This document shows positions 17,619-29,422 of a DNA stretch of 64,000 bases, one piece after another. The notes below the pieces were generated by a model, which was not told the DNA's origin, searched no databases, and saw nothing but the letters and a program-made list of their open reading frames with translations. Position 1 is the first letter of the stretch. Each line of letters opens with the position of its first letter. The position numbers and the translations under genes were made by a program. The DNA is from an uncultured Gemmatimonadales bacterium. GTDB taxonomy: Bacteria; Gemmatimonadota; Gemmatimonadetes; Gemmatimonadales; GWC2-71-9. The DNA lies in contig CAWHFW010000005.1 of NCBI GenBank assembly GCA_963828735.1, forward strand, positions 1,120,001 to 1,184,000, written 5' to 3'.

Positions 17619-19922
17619 TCACTTCTGTGCGGTGACGGCGCTCCACGCGTACAGGCTGCGGTAGATCTCCTCGTTGCGCTGGATGGCTCGCACGTATCCG
17701 CGCGTCTCCGCGAACGGGATGCGCTCGGTGAACACCTCCGGGTCGTCCACGCCGACGCGTTGCGACCAGCGCTCCACCCGGCTCACGCCAGCGTTGTAGG
17801 CGGCGAGGACGTGCGCCGGCTGCTGGTAGCGACCGTTGAGCTCCTGAAGGTGAAAGGAACCGAGCTGCAGGCTCACGTCGGGCTGATAGAGGAGCACAGG
17901 GTCCCACACCGGGTACGCCAGCGACTCCGCGAGCCGGCCGCCGAGGTCGGGCATCACCTGCATGAGGCCGCGGGCGCCCACGGGGGACGTCGCCTGCGGA
18001 TTGAACATGGACTCCTGCCGGATCAGGGCCGCGACGAACGCCGCGTCGAGTCCGTGCTCCGCGGCCTCGGCCAGCAGCGCGTCTTCCAGCATGACGGGAT
18101 AGAGGAGGCGATACGTGCGGGCGTCGGCCGGCGCACCCAGGGCGAGCGCGCGACGGGCGAGCTGAATGGCCTGCGACGCGAAGCCGTCGCGCCGGAAGGC
18201 GTCGGCCAGGGCCAGCAAGCGCTCGCCCGAGGTCTCGCTCTGGCGCACGAGGCGGTCGTATTCCCATCGCGCCTCGACGCCCAGGCCGAGGCGGGTGAGC
18301 AGCGCCGCACGGGCCATGGCGCTGTCGGCGGCGGGAATCGGTACGAAGCTGTCCACGGCCGCCGGCGGGATCCACTCCGGGCGGTCGAGCCGCCGGTCGG
18401 CCAGGCCGGTGTAGTACGAGCCCGGATCGCCGGCGGCCAGACGCTCCCAGCGCTCGTTCGCCGCGGCGGAATCGGCCGCGACCTGCCAGGCGCGGCCGGC
18501 CCAATAGACCGCCGCGACGGCCTCGTCGCTCCGGGAGTAGCGCACGGTCAGCTCGTCGAACTCGGCGGCCGCGGCCGGCGCATCGCCAGCCACCAGCGCG
18601 ATCATCGCGGCGCGGAAGGCGGCGGTCGGCGCGAACCGGCTACTCGGATACCGGGCGACGATTTTCCGGTACAGCTCCCGGGCCCGGGGGTCCGCCCGGT
18701 CGTCCGACGCGAGATCGGCCAGCAGGAACAGGGCGGACGGGGCGGCGCTCGTGTCGCGCGGGAAGACGCGCAGCACGCGCTCGAGGGCGAGCCGGCCCGG
18801 CGCGAGCTGTCCGTCGCGGACCAGCGCACGGGCGCGCTGGTATGCGGCGGAGGCGGCAAGCGCCTTCGGCGCGGTCACCTGCGCGAACTGCCGGGCCGCC
18901 TCGGTGTTGCGACCGAGCTTGGTGAGCGCGGTGGCGAACGCGAACCGGTCGTCCGTGGTACCGAGCCGGGCGGCGAAGGCACGCTCGAACGCGTCCGCCG
19001 CGCGGCTGGAGGCACCTGCCATGGCCGCCCCGCGCCCAACCTCGAGCTCCTCGGCCGGTGTGAGGGGCGCAAAGACGCTATCGAGCAATGCGACGGCATC
19101 TCGCACTTCGCCCGGACTCCGGCGCGCGGCAATGACCCCGACAAGGTCCGTCCGAACCATGGCTCGCCGGGCGCCGTCCGGGCTCATCGCGAGCCGTAAC
19201 CGAAGCGCGATCGTCCGCGCGCCGAGCGCCTGGAAGCGCTGGGCGGCCCCATCGAGATCCCCCATGCCCTGCCGCGCGGCGGCCTCGCTCCAGCCGGTCC
19301 GCTCGCGCGCGAGCCGATCGGTCACGGCAGCATACAGCCGGGCCCGGCCCGCGCTGTCGTCGGTCACGGCGGCGGCCCGAACGCGAAGCCAGTCCCCGAC
19401 GCCCGGCAGCAGGTCCGCGGCCCGCGCGTACGTGGCGGCCGCGCTGTCTCGCGCACCTACGCGGTCGAGCGCCAGGGCCAGCATCACCAGTCGTTCTCCG
19501 TCCGCCGACGCGACGTTCGAGACCGGCACCGCCAGGGCGTGGCGCAGCGCTGCGGAATCGACGCCCTCTTCGAGCGACGCGCGGGCGAGCAGGAGCCTCG
19601 CACGGCCGTCGGGCACACTGTCCACCCATCGCTGGCCTTCGAGCAGCCGGAGGACCTCGTGCCAACCGCCCCACCGACTCGCCGCGGTGGCCGCGAGCAT
19701 GAACGCATCGGGGGTGCGGCGGGTTGAGTCGGCCAGCACCGTCGAAATGATGCGGCTGGCCACCCATGGCCGGCCATGCTCGAGCGCGACGGCGGCGGCC
19801 GCGACGAGGGAGTCGGCGGGAACCGGCGAAACGACATGGGGCGGGCGGGACGCAAGGACAGGCGCGCGCACGGGGGCGAGCGCCAGCGCCAGGGAGATCC
19901 AGACGGGCGGCAGCGGCAGCAT
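17619..19922 (-). CDS. soluble lytic transglycosylase with TPR-like helical region
   Basis: Signal peptide; C-terminal IRQES, GARGLMQVMP, AAYNAG and ETRGYV motifs. Confidence 0.9.
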   Translation of the reverse strand: MLPLPPVWISLALALAPVRAPVLASRPPHVVSPVPADSLVAAAAVALEHGRPWVASRIISTVLADSTRRTPDAFMLAATAASRWGGWHEVLRLLEGQRWVDSVPDGRARLLLARASLEEGVDSAALRHALAVPVSNVASADGERLVMLALALDRVGARDSAAATYARAADLLPGVGDWLRVRAAAVTDDSAGRARLYAAVTDRLARERTGWSEAAARQGMGDLDGAAQRFQALGARTIALRLRLAMSPDGARRAMVRTDLVGVIAARRSPGEVRDAVALLDSVFAPLTPAEELEVGRGAAMAGASSRAADAFERAFAARLGTTDDRFAFATALTKLGRNTEAARQFAQVTAPKALAASAAYQRARALVRDGQLAPGRLALERVLRVFPRDTSAAPSALFLLADLASDDRADPRARELYRKIVARYPSSRFAPTAAFRAAMIALVAGDAPAAAAEFDELTVRYSRSDEAVAAVYWAGRAWQVAADSAAANERWERLAAGDPGSYYTGLADRRLDRPEWIPPAAVDSFVPIPAADSAMARAALLTRLGLGVEARWEYDRLVRQSETSGERLLALADAFRRDGFASQAIQLARRALALGAPADARTYRLLYPVMLEDALLAEAAEHGLDAAFVAALIRQESMFNPQATSPVGARGLMQVMPDLGGRLAESLAYPVWDPVLLYQPDVSLQLGSFHLQELNGRYQQPAHVLAAYNAGVSRVERWSQRVGVDDPEVFTERIPFAETRGYVRAIQRNEEIYRSLYAWSAVTAQK

Positions 19923-20032
19923 TTGAGTCCGGGAGTGACGTGAGAGCGCGTTTCAACTGCAAATGCCGCGCCCGCCCCGTTCCGGCCCGGACGAGCCGTC
20001 CGGAAGCAGCTCGTTTTGGTGTACTATTGAGA

Positions 20033-20440
20033 ATGCGAGATACGGATCAGGACGCCGACGACGATCGGGTCCGGCTGGACAAGTGGCTCTGGGCCGCGCG
20101 GTTCTTCAAGACGCGCTCGCAGGCGGCGGAGGCGATCGCCGGGGGCAAGGTGCAGGTGAACGGCGACCGGGCCAAGCGTGCCCGGCCACTCCAGGTCGGG
20201 GACCAGCTTCGTGTGCGGCTCGGTCCCTACGAGCACCACGTGATCGTGCGCGCCCTGTCGGCGCGGCGGGGCCCGGCGGCCGAGGCCGCCGGGCTCTACG
20301 AGGAGCGGCCCGAGAGCATCGCGGCTCGCGAGACGCTGGCGCGGCAGCTCAAATCGCTGCATGTGGCATTCGCTCCCGAGAAGGGCCGCCCCACCAAGCG
20401 GGACCGGCGGGAGATCGAAAGATTGCGGGGGCGACGGTGA
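20033..20440 (+). CDS. hslR: ribosome-associated heat shock protein Hsp15 (S4 domain)
   Basis: VRLDKWLWAARFFKTRS...GRPTKRDRR. Confidence 0.92.
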   Translation: MRDTDQDADDDRVRLDKWLWAARFFKTRSQAAEAIAGGKVQVNGDRAKRARPLQVGDQLRVRLGPYEHHVIVRALSARRGPAAEAAGLYEERPESIAARETLARQLKSLHVAFAPEKGRPTKRDRREIERLRGRR

Positions 20441-20496
20441 GCGGTGAGCCGGAAGCGCTCCGGTCGCTCTTTCCGCTCACCGCTCACCGCTCACCG
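20435..20496. repeat. heptamer-based inverted repeat between convergent genes
   Basis: (GGTGAGC)x2 facing (GCTCACC)x3; can form a stem of about 15 bp. Confidence 0.6.
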
Positions 20497-20498
20497 CC

Positions 20499-21722
<1,224 letters not shown>

Positions 21723-21748
21723 GGATGAATTCCTTCGGACGGACTGGA

Positions 21749-23500
21749 ATGAGTGTGATCGGCGCTGAGACGACGCTGAATCTGCCCGCGTGCCCGGAGA
21801 TCGGCAACCGAGCCGTCGAGGCGATTCACGCCGCCTACGACCGCTACCATCGCGGCTTCGAGGAGATCACGCGCAGGGCCCGCGAGCGGTTCGAGCGGCG
21901 TGACTGGCTCGGCGCGCAGGCCGACGCGACCGAGCGGCTCGCGCTCTACCGCACCCACGTCGACGGCGCCGTGGCGGATGTCCACGACATCCTCCAGGAC
22001 GCGGTCATGGAGCGCACGCTGTGGGCGGCCATGCGGGCCCGCCACGCGGTGGGCGCTCGTCGCCGCTCCGACGCGGAGCTGTCGCAGACCTTCTTCAACT
22101 CCGTCACCCGGCGGGTGTTCAGCACCGTGGGCGTGGACGCGGCGATCGAATACCTCGAGCCGTCGGTGCCCGTGACCGATCCGGGCGGTCCGCCGCTGTT
22201 CGACAGCGACCGCGTGGACGCGGTCGACGCCGAGCTGGTCCGCCGCATCCTCCAGCGCTTTCCGTGGTCCGTGCCCTACGCCTCGCTCGACCGCGACGCG
22301 GCGGTCGTGGCCCAGCTCATCACGGCGACGCTCGACGGCATGCCCGCCCGGGGGCCGATCGAGGTGGACGTCATTCGCTCGGTGTTCTACCGCAACAAGG
22401 GCGCGTACCTGGTGGGACGGGTGCACCGGGGCGGCACGACCGTGCCGCTCGTGCTGCCGCTCCTCCACGCCGATTGCGGCATCGTGGTGGATGCCGTCCT
22501 GATGACCCCCAACGAGGCGAGCGTCGTCTTCGGGTTCAGCTGGTCGTACTTCCGGGTGGACGTGGCGCGTCCGAGGGAGCTGGTGGACTTTCTGGCCTCG
22601 ATCATGCCCCTCAAGCGCATCGACGAGCTCTACAACGGCATCGGCTACAACAAGCACGGCAAGACCGAGCTGTTCCGGAACCTGCTGGCGTACCTCCAGG
22701 ACCCCGGCTCCCGGTTCGCCTTCGCGGAGGGAGACGAGGGGATGGTGATGGCCGTGTTCACGCTGCCGGCGTTCAATCTGGTCTTCAAGATCATCAAGGA
22801 CCGTTTCGGCGCGCCGAAGAACACCACCCGTCAGGCCGTGATGGACAAGTATCACTTCGTGTTCGTCCGCGATCGCGTCGGACGCCTCGCGGACGCGCAG
22901 GAATTCGAGCACCTGGAGTTTCCGCGGCGCTGCTTCCCCGACGACCTGCTGGCGTACCTGCTGGGCGTCGCGGCGAGAACCGTACGCGTCGAGGGCGACC
23001 GGGTCATCGTGCGGCACGTCTACACGGAGCGCCGGGTGACACCGCTCAATCTCTTCCTCCGCGACGCCGATCCCGAGGCCGCCCGCGACGCCGCGGTCGA
23101 GTACGGCACGGCCATCAAGGACCTCGCGGCGGCGGACATTTTCACCGGGGACATGCTGCTCAAGAACTTCGGGGTCACGCGCAACGGGCGGGTCATCTGC
23201 TACGACTACGACGAGCTCTGCCTGCTGTCCGAATGCCGCTTCCGGCGGATCCCGCCACCGCCCACGTTCGAGGACGAATTCGCGGCGGAGCCGTGGTTCT
23301 CGGTGGGAGAGAACGACGTGTTCCCCGAGGAGTTCCACGCCTTCCTCGTGCCGCCGGGCGAGCTGCGCGACGCCTTTCTCGAGGCGCACGAGGACCTGTT
23401 GGACGTGGCGTTCTGGCAGCGGGTGCAGCAGCGGCTGGGCGCGGGCGAGGTGGTGGACGTGTTTCCCTACCGGCGGAGCGCGCTGCTGCAGAGAAGCTGA
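21749..23500 (+). CDS. aceK: bifunctional isocitrate dehydrogenase kinase/phosphatase
   Basis: [71 protein letters not shown]. Start codon uncertain (21725, 21749 or 21755). Confidence 0.95.
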   Translation: MSVIGAETTLNLPACPEIGNRAVEAIHAAYDRYHRGFEEITRRARERFERRDWLGAQADATERLALYRTHVDGAVADVHDILQDAVMERTLWAAMRARHAVGARRRSDAELSQTFFNSVTRRVFSTVGVDAAIEYLEPSVPVTDPGGPPLFDSDRVDAVDAELVRRILQRFPWSVPYASLDRDAAVVAQLITATLDGMPARGPIEVDVIRSVFYRNKGAYLVGRVHRGGTTVPLVLPLLHADCGIVVDAVLMTPNEASVVFGFSWSYFRVDVARPRELVDFLASIMPLKRIDELYNGIGYNKHGKTELFRNLLAYLQDPGSRFAFAEGDEGMVMAVFTLPAFNLVFKIIKDRFGAPKNTTRQAVMDKYHFVFVRDRVGRLADAQEFEHLEFPRRCFPDDLLAYLLGVAARTVRVEGDRVIVRHVYTERRVTPLNLFLRDADPEAARDAAVEYGTAIKDLAAADIFTGDMLLKNFGVTRNGRVICYDYDELCLLSECRFRRIPPPPTFEDEFAAEPWFSVGENDVFPEEFHAFLVPPGELRDAFLEAHEDLLDVAFWQRVQQRLGAGEVVDVFPYRRSALLQRS

Positions 23501-23530
23501 GCCACGCCCCCCCGCTCACCCCACGGTCCC

Positions 23531-23923
23531 CTACTGCTCCGCACCCCCGGTCGCTCCGGTCCCGCCCTCTCGCTCGAAGTGGGTCAACCCCTCCGCCGCT
23601 TCCTGGATCCGCCCCACGTACGCGCTCACCGGCTCACGCGACTTCCGCTCGGGCAGGACGAACGCGGGATTGTCCGGTTCGGAGGAATCCGGGGCGTTGG
23701 TCAAGGTGTCGCCGCCGCGGGCTTCGACCACCGACTCGAACCGATCCACCGCCGACCACAAGTCGGCGAGCTCGTCGTCGGTCTCGTTGCCGAACAGGCG
23801 CACGCCGCGCTGGCCGAGCACGTCCAGATTGTGCTCGCGCGCGCGAACCTGCTGCTCCGCGCGGTGCGGATTGAGGGCCGCATCGAGCTCGGCGGCGTGG
23901 ATACGATCGTGGGGATCCTGCAT
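23531..23923 (-). CDS. hypothetical protein
   Basis: 130-aa acidic ORF with SD GGAGG, between convergent aceK and the upstream small gene. Confidence 0.7.
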   Translation of the reverse strand: MQDPHDRIHAAELDAALNPHRAEQQVRAREHNLDVLGQRGVRLFGNETDDELADLWSAVDRFESVVEARGGDTLTNAPDSSEPDNPAFVLPERKSREPVSAYVGRIQEAAEGLTHFEREGGTGATGGAEQ

Positions 23924-23935
23924 GATGCCTCCAGG

Positions 23936-24226
23936 TCAGGTGCGGCGGACGCGTCCGCGAAGGAAGCGCTCCGCCAGCTGCTCCAGGCGGTCGTCGCGAT
24001 CCTCGCGCGCTTCGGCGAGTATCCGCTCGACGTGGGGAAAGAGGGCCGGATCGCCCCAGTAGTAGCCCGTCGCCGCTTCGGCGCCCACGGTGTCGCCCTG
24101 ATGGGCCCCGCGAAGCAGCGCGCGCGCCGCCGCGCGATCGTAGTCCGGGTGTGCGCGGTCGGGAAGCGGGTAGCGCCCGGCAGCCTCGCCGTTTCCGGCG
24201 TCTTCATTGACGAAGGCTCTCGACAT
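23936..24226 (-). CDS. small hypothetical protein with MSRAFVNED N-terminus
   Basis: 96 aa; N-terminus resembles the MSRAFVKE start of GreA/GreB-like proteins; TATACT 6 nt upstream of the ATG. Confidence 0.65.
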   Translation of the reverse strand: MSRAFVNEDAGNGEAAGRYPLPDRAHPDYDRAAARALLRGAHQGDTVGAEAATGYYWGDPALFPHVERILAEAREDRDDRLEQLAERFLRGRVRRT

Positions 24227-24342
24227 ACGCGCAGTATATCCCGCTGCCCATCCTGGTGAAGGGATGACCGGTCCATTAAGCGGCTGCGGGGCATGGTGGG
24301 CGGTGTTCCGGGTCACACGGCGACGCCCCGGCTGCCGAACGC

Positions 24343-24389
24343 ACAGAGGGCACAGGACGCATCCGCGCCCTGTGCCCTCGTGTTTTTTT
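24343..24389. terminator. terminator hairpin downstream of the glycine-zipper lipoprotein gene
   Basis: Minus-strand stem GAGGGCACAGGGCGC-GGAT-GCGTCCTGTGCCCTC; T7 run on the plus strand. Confidence 0.65.
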
Positions 24390-24435
24390 GCGGACGGCGT
24401 CGCGCGGAATCCCACGCGACCTCGTATCCGGCCGG

Positions 24436-25218
24436 CTACCGCGTGAACGACGCTCCGAGCGTGACCTCGACCCGCGAGCTCGCCGGGACCACCACGTCGC
24501 GGTCCTGCGTCTCGATGGCGCGCTGCGTGCCGACCGCACCGCCGATGATGCCACCGATGACGGCGCCCTTGGTGCTTCCGCCGATCACGCGACCGACGAT
24601 CGCACCGGCCGCCGTGCCCGCGCCGACCTTCGCCACGTCGCCCGCGTTGGTCTTCCGGTCGACCAGCGTGCGATCGAGCGCCGTCGCCGAGCCGGCGAGC
24701 GCGTAGCTCTGGCCCTGGATCTCGACGGCGGTGGGCGTGAGGGTCAGCTTCCCGGTCTTGTCGCCCTTGTTCTCCGACTCGTGGATCTGGGTGATGGTGA
24801 GCGTCACCTTCGAGCCGGCGGGGATCACGACGCGCCCCGCGGCGTCCTTCACGTCGCTCGCGACCGTCGTCGTGACCGTCGCGCCGGGCTTGTCGACCTT
24901 CGAGCTGATCTCCCGGTCTACCGTCGTCGCCAGCGTGGTGCCGTCGCCGAGCGCGAGCGGCGCGGGCGCCGGAGCCGGCTTCGGAGCCGGTCTCGGTGCC
25001 GCCGGCTTCGGCTTGGGCTTCGGCGCCGCCGGCGCGGGGGCCACCGGGGCAGCGGCCACCGGCGTGGCACCCGCCTGGTCGCTCAGCGTGGCCGAGGAGT
25101 CGACGGGGAGCCGTTGCAAGTCGCGGCTCAAGCTGTCGGCTGCCATGCTCGCACCGCGGTCGCCGCCGCAGCCCGCGAGCACCGCCAGGGCAAGGACTGC
25201 CAGTCGGTTAGCCGCCAT
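24436..25218 (-). CDS. lipoprotein with Pro/Ala linker and C-terminal glycine zipper
   Basis: Lipobox LAGC; KPKPKP linker; GAGTAAGAIVG...GAVIGGIIGGAVG; SD AGGAGG. Confidence 0.85.
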   Translation of the reverse strand: MAANRLAVLALAVLAGCGGDRGASMAADSLSRDLQRLPVDSSATLSDQAGATPVAAAPVAPAPAAPKPKPKPAAPRPAPKPAPAPAPLALGDGTTLATTVDREISSKVDKPGATVTTTVASDVKDAAGRVVIPAGSKVTLTITQIHESENKGDKTGKLTLTPTAVEIQGQSYALAGSATALDRTLVDRKTNAGDVAKVGAGTAAGAIVGRVIGGSTKGAVIGGIIGGAVGTQRAIETQDRDVVVPASSRVEVTLGASFTR

Positions 25219-25404
25219 GAAACCTCCTGTTGGGTGAGATGGCTGCGACGTGGATCGCCGAACCGCCCGCTCAGGGGCAAATCCGGGGCCAGCCGAGAGG
25301 GGGTCTGGCGTGCCGGGAGGTGGAAATGGGGTGTCGAAGAAACAGGTTGGGATGCCGGACGCTCGAGCTCGTTCGCCCGGCCGTGACCGCGACCAGCGTC
25401 GCCT

Positions 25405-26688
25405 CTAACTCCCGTGGTCGCGAGCGCCCGCCGCGGCGGCCGCCGCCCGCTCAAGCAGCAACACCTGCTCCCGCGCGTTCCGCGTGAGGCCCGCGGCGCG
25501 CTTGAATTCGCGGTGCGCCTCGTCCAGCCGGCCGAGCTTGAACAGCAGGTCCCCGCGCACGCTGGGCAGCAGGTGGTAGTTCGCGAGCGCCTTCTCGCCG
25601 CCCAGCGCGTCCACCAGCTCCAGGCCGGCCGCGGGCCCGAACGCCATCGCGACCGCAACCGCCCGGTTGAGGTCGACCACCGGCGACGGCGCCAGCTGAG
25701 CGAGCGCGTCGTACAGCGCCGCGATGCGGGGCCAGTCGGTCTCCTCGGCCGTCCGCGCCCGGGCGTGGCACGAGGCGATCGCGGCCTGCAGCGCGTATGG
25801 ACCGAGCGAGCCGCCCAGGCGTTCCGCGCGCTCGAGCGCCGCCAGGCCGCGCCGGATGAGCAGGTGGTCCCACCGGGCGCGATCCTGGTCGAGCAGCAGC
25901 ACCGGCTCGCCCGACGGGCCCGCCCTGGCCCGCGTACGCGAAGCCTGGATCTCCATGAGCGCCACCAGGCCATGCACCTCCGGCTCCTGTGGCGCCAGCT
26001 CCGCGACGATGCGGCCCAGCCGGAGCGCCTCCTCGCACAGCGCCGGCCGCATCCAGTCGTCGCCGGCGGTGGCCGAATAGCCTTCGTTGAAGATCAGATA
26101 CAGCACCTCGAGCACGCTCGAGACCCGCGCGGTCAGCTCGTCGCCGCGGGGCACCTCGAACGGCACTCGCGCCTCGGACAGCGTGCGCTTGGCCCGCACG
26201 ATGCGCTGCGCGATCGTCGGCACGGGCACGAGGAAGGCCCGGGCGATCTCTTCGGTCGTGAGCCCGCCGAGGAGGCGGAGGGTGAGCGCCACCCGGGCCT
26301 CGGTCGAGAGGACCGGATGGCAGGCGATGAAGACGAGTCGAAGGAGATCGTCACCGACGTGATCGTCGAGTGCGGCATCGAGGTCGGGCACCGCCGCCTC
26401 CTGTCGCGCCTCGAGCTCGTAGCCCAGCAGGTCGTGCTTCCGCGCGAGCATCCGGTCGCGCCGCACGAGATCGATGGCCCGGTGCTTCGCCGTGGCCATG
26501 AGCCACGCGCCCGGATTCCGGGGAATGCCGTCGTCGGGCCAGCGCTCGAGCGCCGCGACGAGCGCGTCCTGCGCCAGCTCCTCCGCCAACCCCACGTCCC
26601 CGACGATGCGCGTGAGGCTCGCGATGACCTTGGCCGATTCGATGCGCCAGACGGCGTCGATCGCACCGTGGATGTCGGGAGCCGTCAC
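25405..26688 (-). CDS. ECF sigma factor with long C-terminal extension (ECF42-type, DUF6596/TPR)
   Basis: AEELAQDALVAALERWP..GIPRNPGAWL, DDLLRLVFIACHP, YLIFNEGY, GPYALQAAIA..H, NRAVA; adjacent to a DGPF protein gene. Confidence 0.9.
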   Translation of the reverse strand: MTAPDIHGAIDAVWRIESAKVIASLTRIVGDVGLAEELAQDALVAALERWPDDGIPRNPGAWLMATAKHRAIDLVRRDRMLARKHDLLGYELEARQEAAVPDLDAALDDHVGDDLLRLVFIACHPVLSTEARVALTLRLLGGLTTEEIARAFLVPVPTIAQRIVRAKRTLSEARVPFEVPRGDELTARVSSVLEVLYLIFNEGYSATAGDDWMRPALCEEALRLGRIVAELAPQEPEVHGLVALMEIQASRTRARAGPSGEPVLLLDQDRARWDHLLIRRGLAALERAERLGGSLGPYALQAAIASCHARARTAEETDWPRIAALYDALAQLAPSPVVDLNRAVAVAMAFGPAAGLELVDALGGEKALANYHLLPSVRGDLLFKLGRLDEAHREFKRAAGLTRNAREQVLLLERAAAAAAGARDHGS

Positions 26689-26773
26689 GTCTCACCGCTC
26701 AGCGCTGTGACCCAGCGACCATCTCGCGGAACCGCTCCACCGCTCACCGAATCGCATGATCCGTCTCCCAGTC

Positions 26774-27190
26774 CTATTTCCTGGTCGCGGCTTGCGCGCG
26801 AAGCCGCTCCTCGGCCTCGCGCAGCTCGGGGGTCAGCGCCGGGCCGAAATCCTCGGCCTCGAACACCTGCCGGATCTCGACCACGCCGTCCCGGAAGGGA
26901 ACGCGCTTCACCCACTCGATCGCCTCGTCCCGGGACTTCACCTGAATGAGCCAGAAACCGGCAACGAGCTCCTTGGTCTCGACGAAGGGTCCGTCGATGA
27001 CCGTCCGGGTGTCGCCGGAAAACGTCACGCGCGCGCCCTTCGAGCTGGCCTGCAGGCCTTCGCCCGCCAGCATCACGCCGGCCTTGACCAGCTGCTCGTT
27101 GTACTGCCCCATCTCGGCCAGCAGCTCCTGGCTGGGAAGCACGCCAGCCTCGGAGTCCTTGGTAGCCTTCACGATCAGCATGAACCGCAT
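26774..27190 (-). CDS. YciI/DGPF family protein
   Basis: MRFMLIVKAT...GEGL..SSKGARV...IDGPFVETKELVAGFW. Confidence 0.92.
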   Translation of the reverse strand: MRFMLIVKATKDSEAGVLPSQELLAEMGQYNEQLVKAGVMLAGEGLQASSKGARVTFSGDTRTVIDGPFVETKELVAGFWLIQVKSRDEAIEWVKRVPFRDGVVEIRQVFEAEDFGPALTPELREAEERLRAQAATRK

Positions 27191-27250
27191 CGTCGTTCTC
27201 CGGGTCTTAGGTCTCCACGGCCACCGAACACGGTGTCGGGGCTCTACCCA

Positions 27251-27280
27251 GACGTCGAACGAGGCCCGGGGATTTCGACA
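27251..27280 (-). promoter_or_regulatory. ECF42-type promoter upstream of the DGPF gene
   Basis: Minus strand TGTCGA-aatccccgggcctcgtt-CGACGTC, resembling the TGTCGA...CG(A/T)C motif I recall for ECF42 targets. Confidence 0.6.
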
Positions 27281-27285
27281 AGGTC

Positions 27286-27582
27286 TCAGCCGCCGGCCAT
27301 GGCACCCACGACCAGGTAGGGCTCGCTCCCGCGTGCCACTGCGTCCGGAAGGGGGGCGTCGGGCGGATCGTGGGTAAGGTCCTGCTCGCAGGCGAAGAAC
27401 CGCAGGAAGGGGCGGCGCTCCCGGGTGACCTGGTCGCGGATCGTCCCGCGCAGCGACGGGTAGGCCGCCTCGAGCGCGTCGAGGACCGATCCCCTCGTGG
27501 CCCGGCCCTCGATGGCGAGCTCGACTTCGCCGTCCACCCTCGCCAGCGCGCGCAGGTGGGTCGGCAGCACGACCCGGATCAT
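27286..27582 (-). CDS. MoaD/ThiS-family ubiquitin-like protein
   Basis: [11 protein letters not shown]...RRPFLRFF...C-terminal MAGG di-glycine; ATGA overlap with the upstream gene. Confidence 0.9.
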   Translation of the reverse strand: MIRVVLPTHLRALARVDGEVELAIEGRATRGSVLDALEAAYPSLRGTIRDQVTRERRPFLRFFACEQDLTHDPPDAPLPDAVARGSEPYLVVGAMAGG

Positions 27583-28696
27583 GCGAGGGACTGGACCTCC
27601 ACGGACAGCACGGCCGGCAGGTCGCGCACGATGGGGACCCAGCTGTCCCCGCCGTTCGGTGAGGCGTACACCTGGCCTCCGGTGGTGCCGAAGTAGACGC
27701 CGCAGGGATCGAGCGCATCCACCGCCATCGCGTCGCGAAGCACGTTGACGTAGCAGTCCCGCTGCGGGAGGCCGGTGGTCAGGGGCTCCCACTCGCCGCC
27801 TCCGGCCCGGCTCCTGAACACGCGGAGCTTGCCCTCGGGCGGGAAGTGGTGGGAGTCGCTCGTGATCGGCACGACGTAGATCGTCTCCGGCTCGTGGGCG
27901 TGGACGTCGATCGGGAAGCCGAAGTCGGTGGGCAGGTTTCCGCTCACCTCCTGCCAGGAGTCGCCCGCGTTGTCGCTGCGCATCACGTCCCAATGCTTCT
28001 GCATGTACAGCACGCCGGGTCGCGACCGATGCATGGCGATGCGGTGCACGCAATGCCCCACCTCCGCGTCGGCATTCGGGAGGCCCTGGGACTTGAGCCC
28101 GCGATTGATCGGCTGCCACGTGGCACCGCCGTCGTCGGTCCGGAAGGCGCCGGCGGCGGAAATCGCCACGTACATCCGCATCGGGTTGGTAGGGATCGAG
28201 CAGGATGGTGTGCAGGCACATGCCGCCTGCCCCCGGCTGCCAGGACGGGCCGGAGCCGTGCCGCCGCAATCCCGGCAGCTCCTGCCAGGTGGCACGCCGC
28301 GTCGGTCGAGCGAAATAGCGCGGCATCCTCGACGCCGGCGTAGACGGTGTCAGGATCCGTCAGCGAGGGCTCGAGGTGCCACACGCGCGCGAACGCCCAG
28401 GGATGCTGGCTCCCGTCGTACCACTGGTGGGTGCCCGTGACGCCGTCGTATTCGAACTTGTTCCCGACCGCCTCCCACGTGGCCCCACCATCCTCCGAGC
28501 GCTGGATGACTTGGCCGAACCATCCGCTCGACTGCGACGCGTAGAGACGATTCGGGTTCACCGGGGAACCCTTGAGGTGATAGATCTCCCAGCCCGGAAA
28601 GTGTGGTCCGCTCACCTGCCAGCGGTCCCGCTTTCCGTCAGCGGTGAGTATGAACGCGCCCTTGCGCGTTCCGACCAGCACTCGCACCCCAGTCAT
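27579..28696 (-). pseudogene. BNR/Asp-box beta-propeller (sialidase-like) protein with two +1 frameshifts
   Basis: LVGTRKG N-terminus and S.DGG.TW boxes continue across three frames with shifts near 28296 and 28191; 1118 nt = 372 codons + 2 nt. May be sequencing error. Confidence 0.8.
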
Positions 28697-28758
28697 CTCC
28701 GGCTCCTTGGTGGACGTCCTGCCGATAGTCTCGTTCCGGTCCTCCGGACTCGCAATCC

Positions 28759-29274
28759 CTATTTGATGGCTCCGGGCTTGCCGATGATCCGTCGCAGCAC
28801 CGCGGTCTGTCCCGCGTGATACGCCTGGTGGAAGAACATCGTCGAGAGGAGCGACCGATACGTTTCCTCGGGATTGTCGGTCGGGCTGAATGGCGCCGGC
28901 TGCCCCAGCATATCGGGCGAGAAGCCCGCGAGGCCGTCATCGAGCCGCTTGGTGGAGTCGTCCCAGGCCGCCAGCAGCTCGCCGAAGTTCCGCGCGCGCG
29001 ACGGATCCTCGAGCGGGGGCCCCCCACGGGCGTATTGCGACAGCTCGCTCTGCTCCATTGGAGGCGTTTGGCCCACCACCCGGAGACCGCCCAGATAGAC
29101 CCAGACCAGGTGGCCGACGATCCAGTTGAGGCAATTGCCCCCCGGATTCGGCTGGATCAGGCTCTCCTCGTGGGTGACGCCCTCGACGTTCAGGCGTACC
29201 ACGCGCTGGGCCATCCAGGCCTGGCGCCGGAACGACTGCACCTCGCTCGTGTTGTCCGTGACCGTTGCGCTCAT
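28759..29274 (-). CDS. DinB/YfiT-family protein
   Basis: [12 protein letters not shown] and FHQAYHAGQ His triad; SD GGAGG. Confidence 0.88.
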   Translation of the reverse strand: MSATVTDNTSEVQSFRRQAWMAQRVVRLNVEGVTHEESLIQPNPGGNCLNWIVGHLVWVYLGGLRVVGQTPPMEQSELSQYARGGPPLEDPSRARNFGELLAAWDDSTKRLDDGLAGFSPDMLGQPAPFSPTDNPEETYRSLLSTMFFHQAYHAGQTAVLRRIIGKPGAIK

Positions 29275-29299
29275 GCCTCCTCCTTCGCAATGAACATTA

Positions 29300-29352
29300 C
29301 TACGATATCGTAGCATCTGCGCTAGTATCGCGCCCGGCCTCGCCGGCGTCAA
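29300..29352 (-). promoter_or_regulatory. sigma-70 promoter of dinB with palindromic operator
   Basis: Minus strand TTGACG-N17-GATACT (29352..29324), then the perfect palindrome CTACGATATCGTAG (29300-29313). Confidence 0.65.
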
Positions 29353-29422
29353 CCCCGCTCGCGGCGCCGGACCGTGGCGTATATTCCGAGATCGTAGCAA
29401 TCGCCGCTGGCCCGGAGACCCC

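Noticed and set aside
20435..20496. CRISPR array
   Set aside because: Only 7-nt units without spacers; no cas genes.
24250..24389. Plus-strand sRNA implied by a hairpin with a T7 tail
   Set aside because: The stem pairs better on the minus strand (G-U instead of A-C) and follows the minus-strand lipoprotein stop; no plus-strand promoter was seen.
25332..25337. Second ECF42-type promoter (TGTCGA on the plus strand)
   Set aside because: No matching -10 element at the expected spacing and no downstream sense gene.
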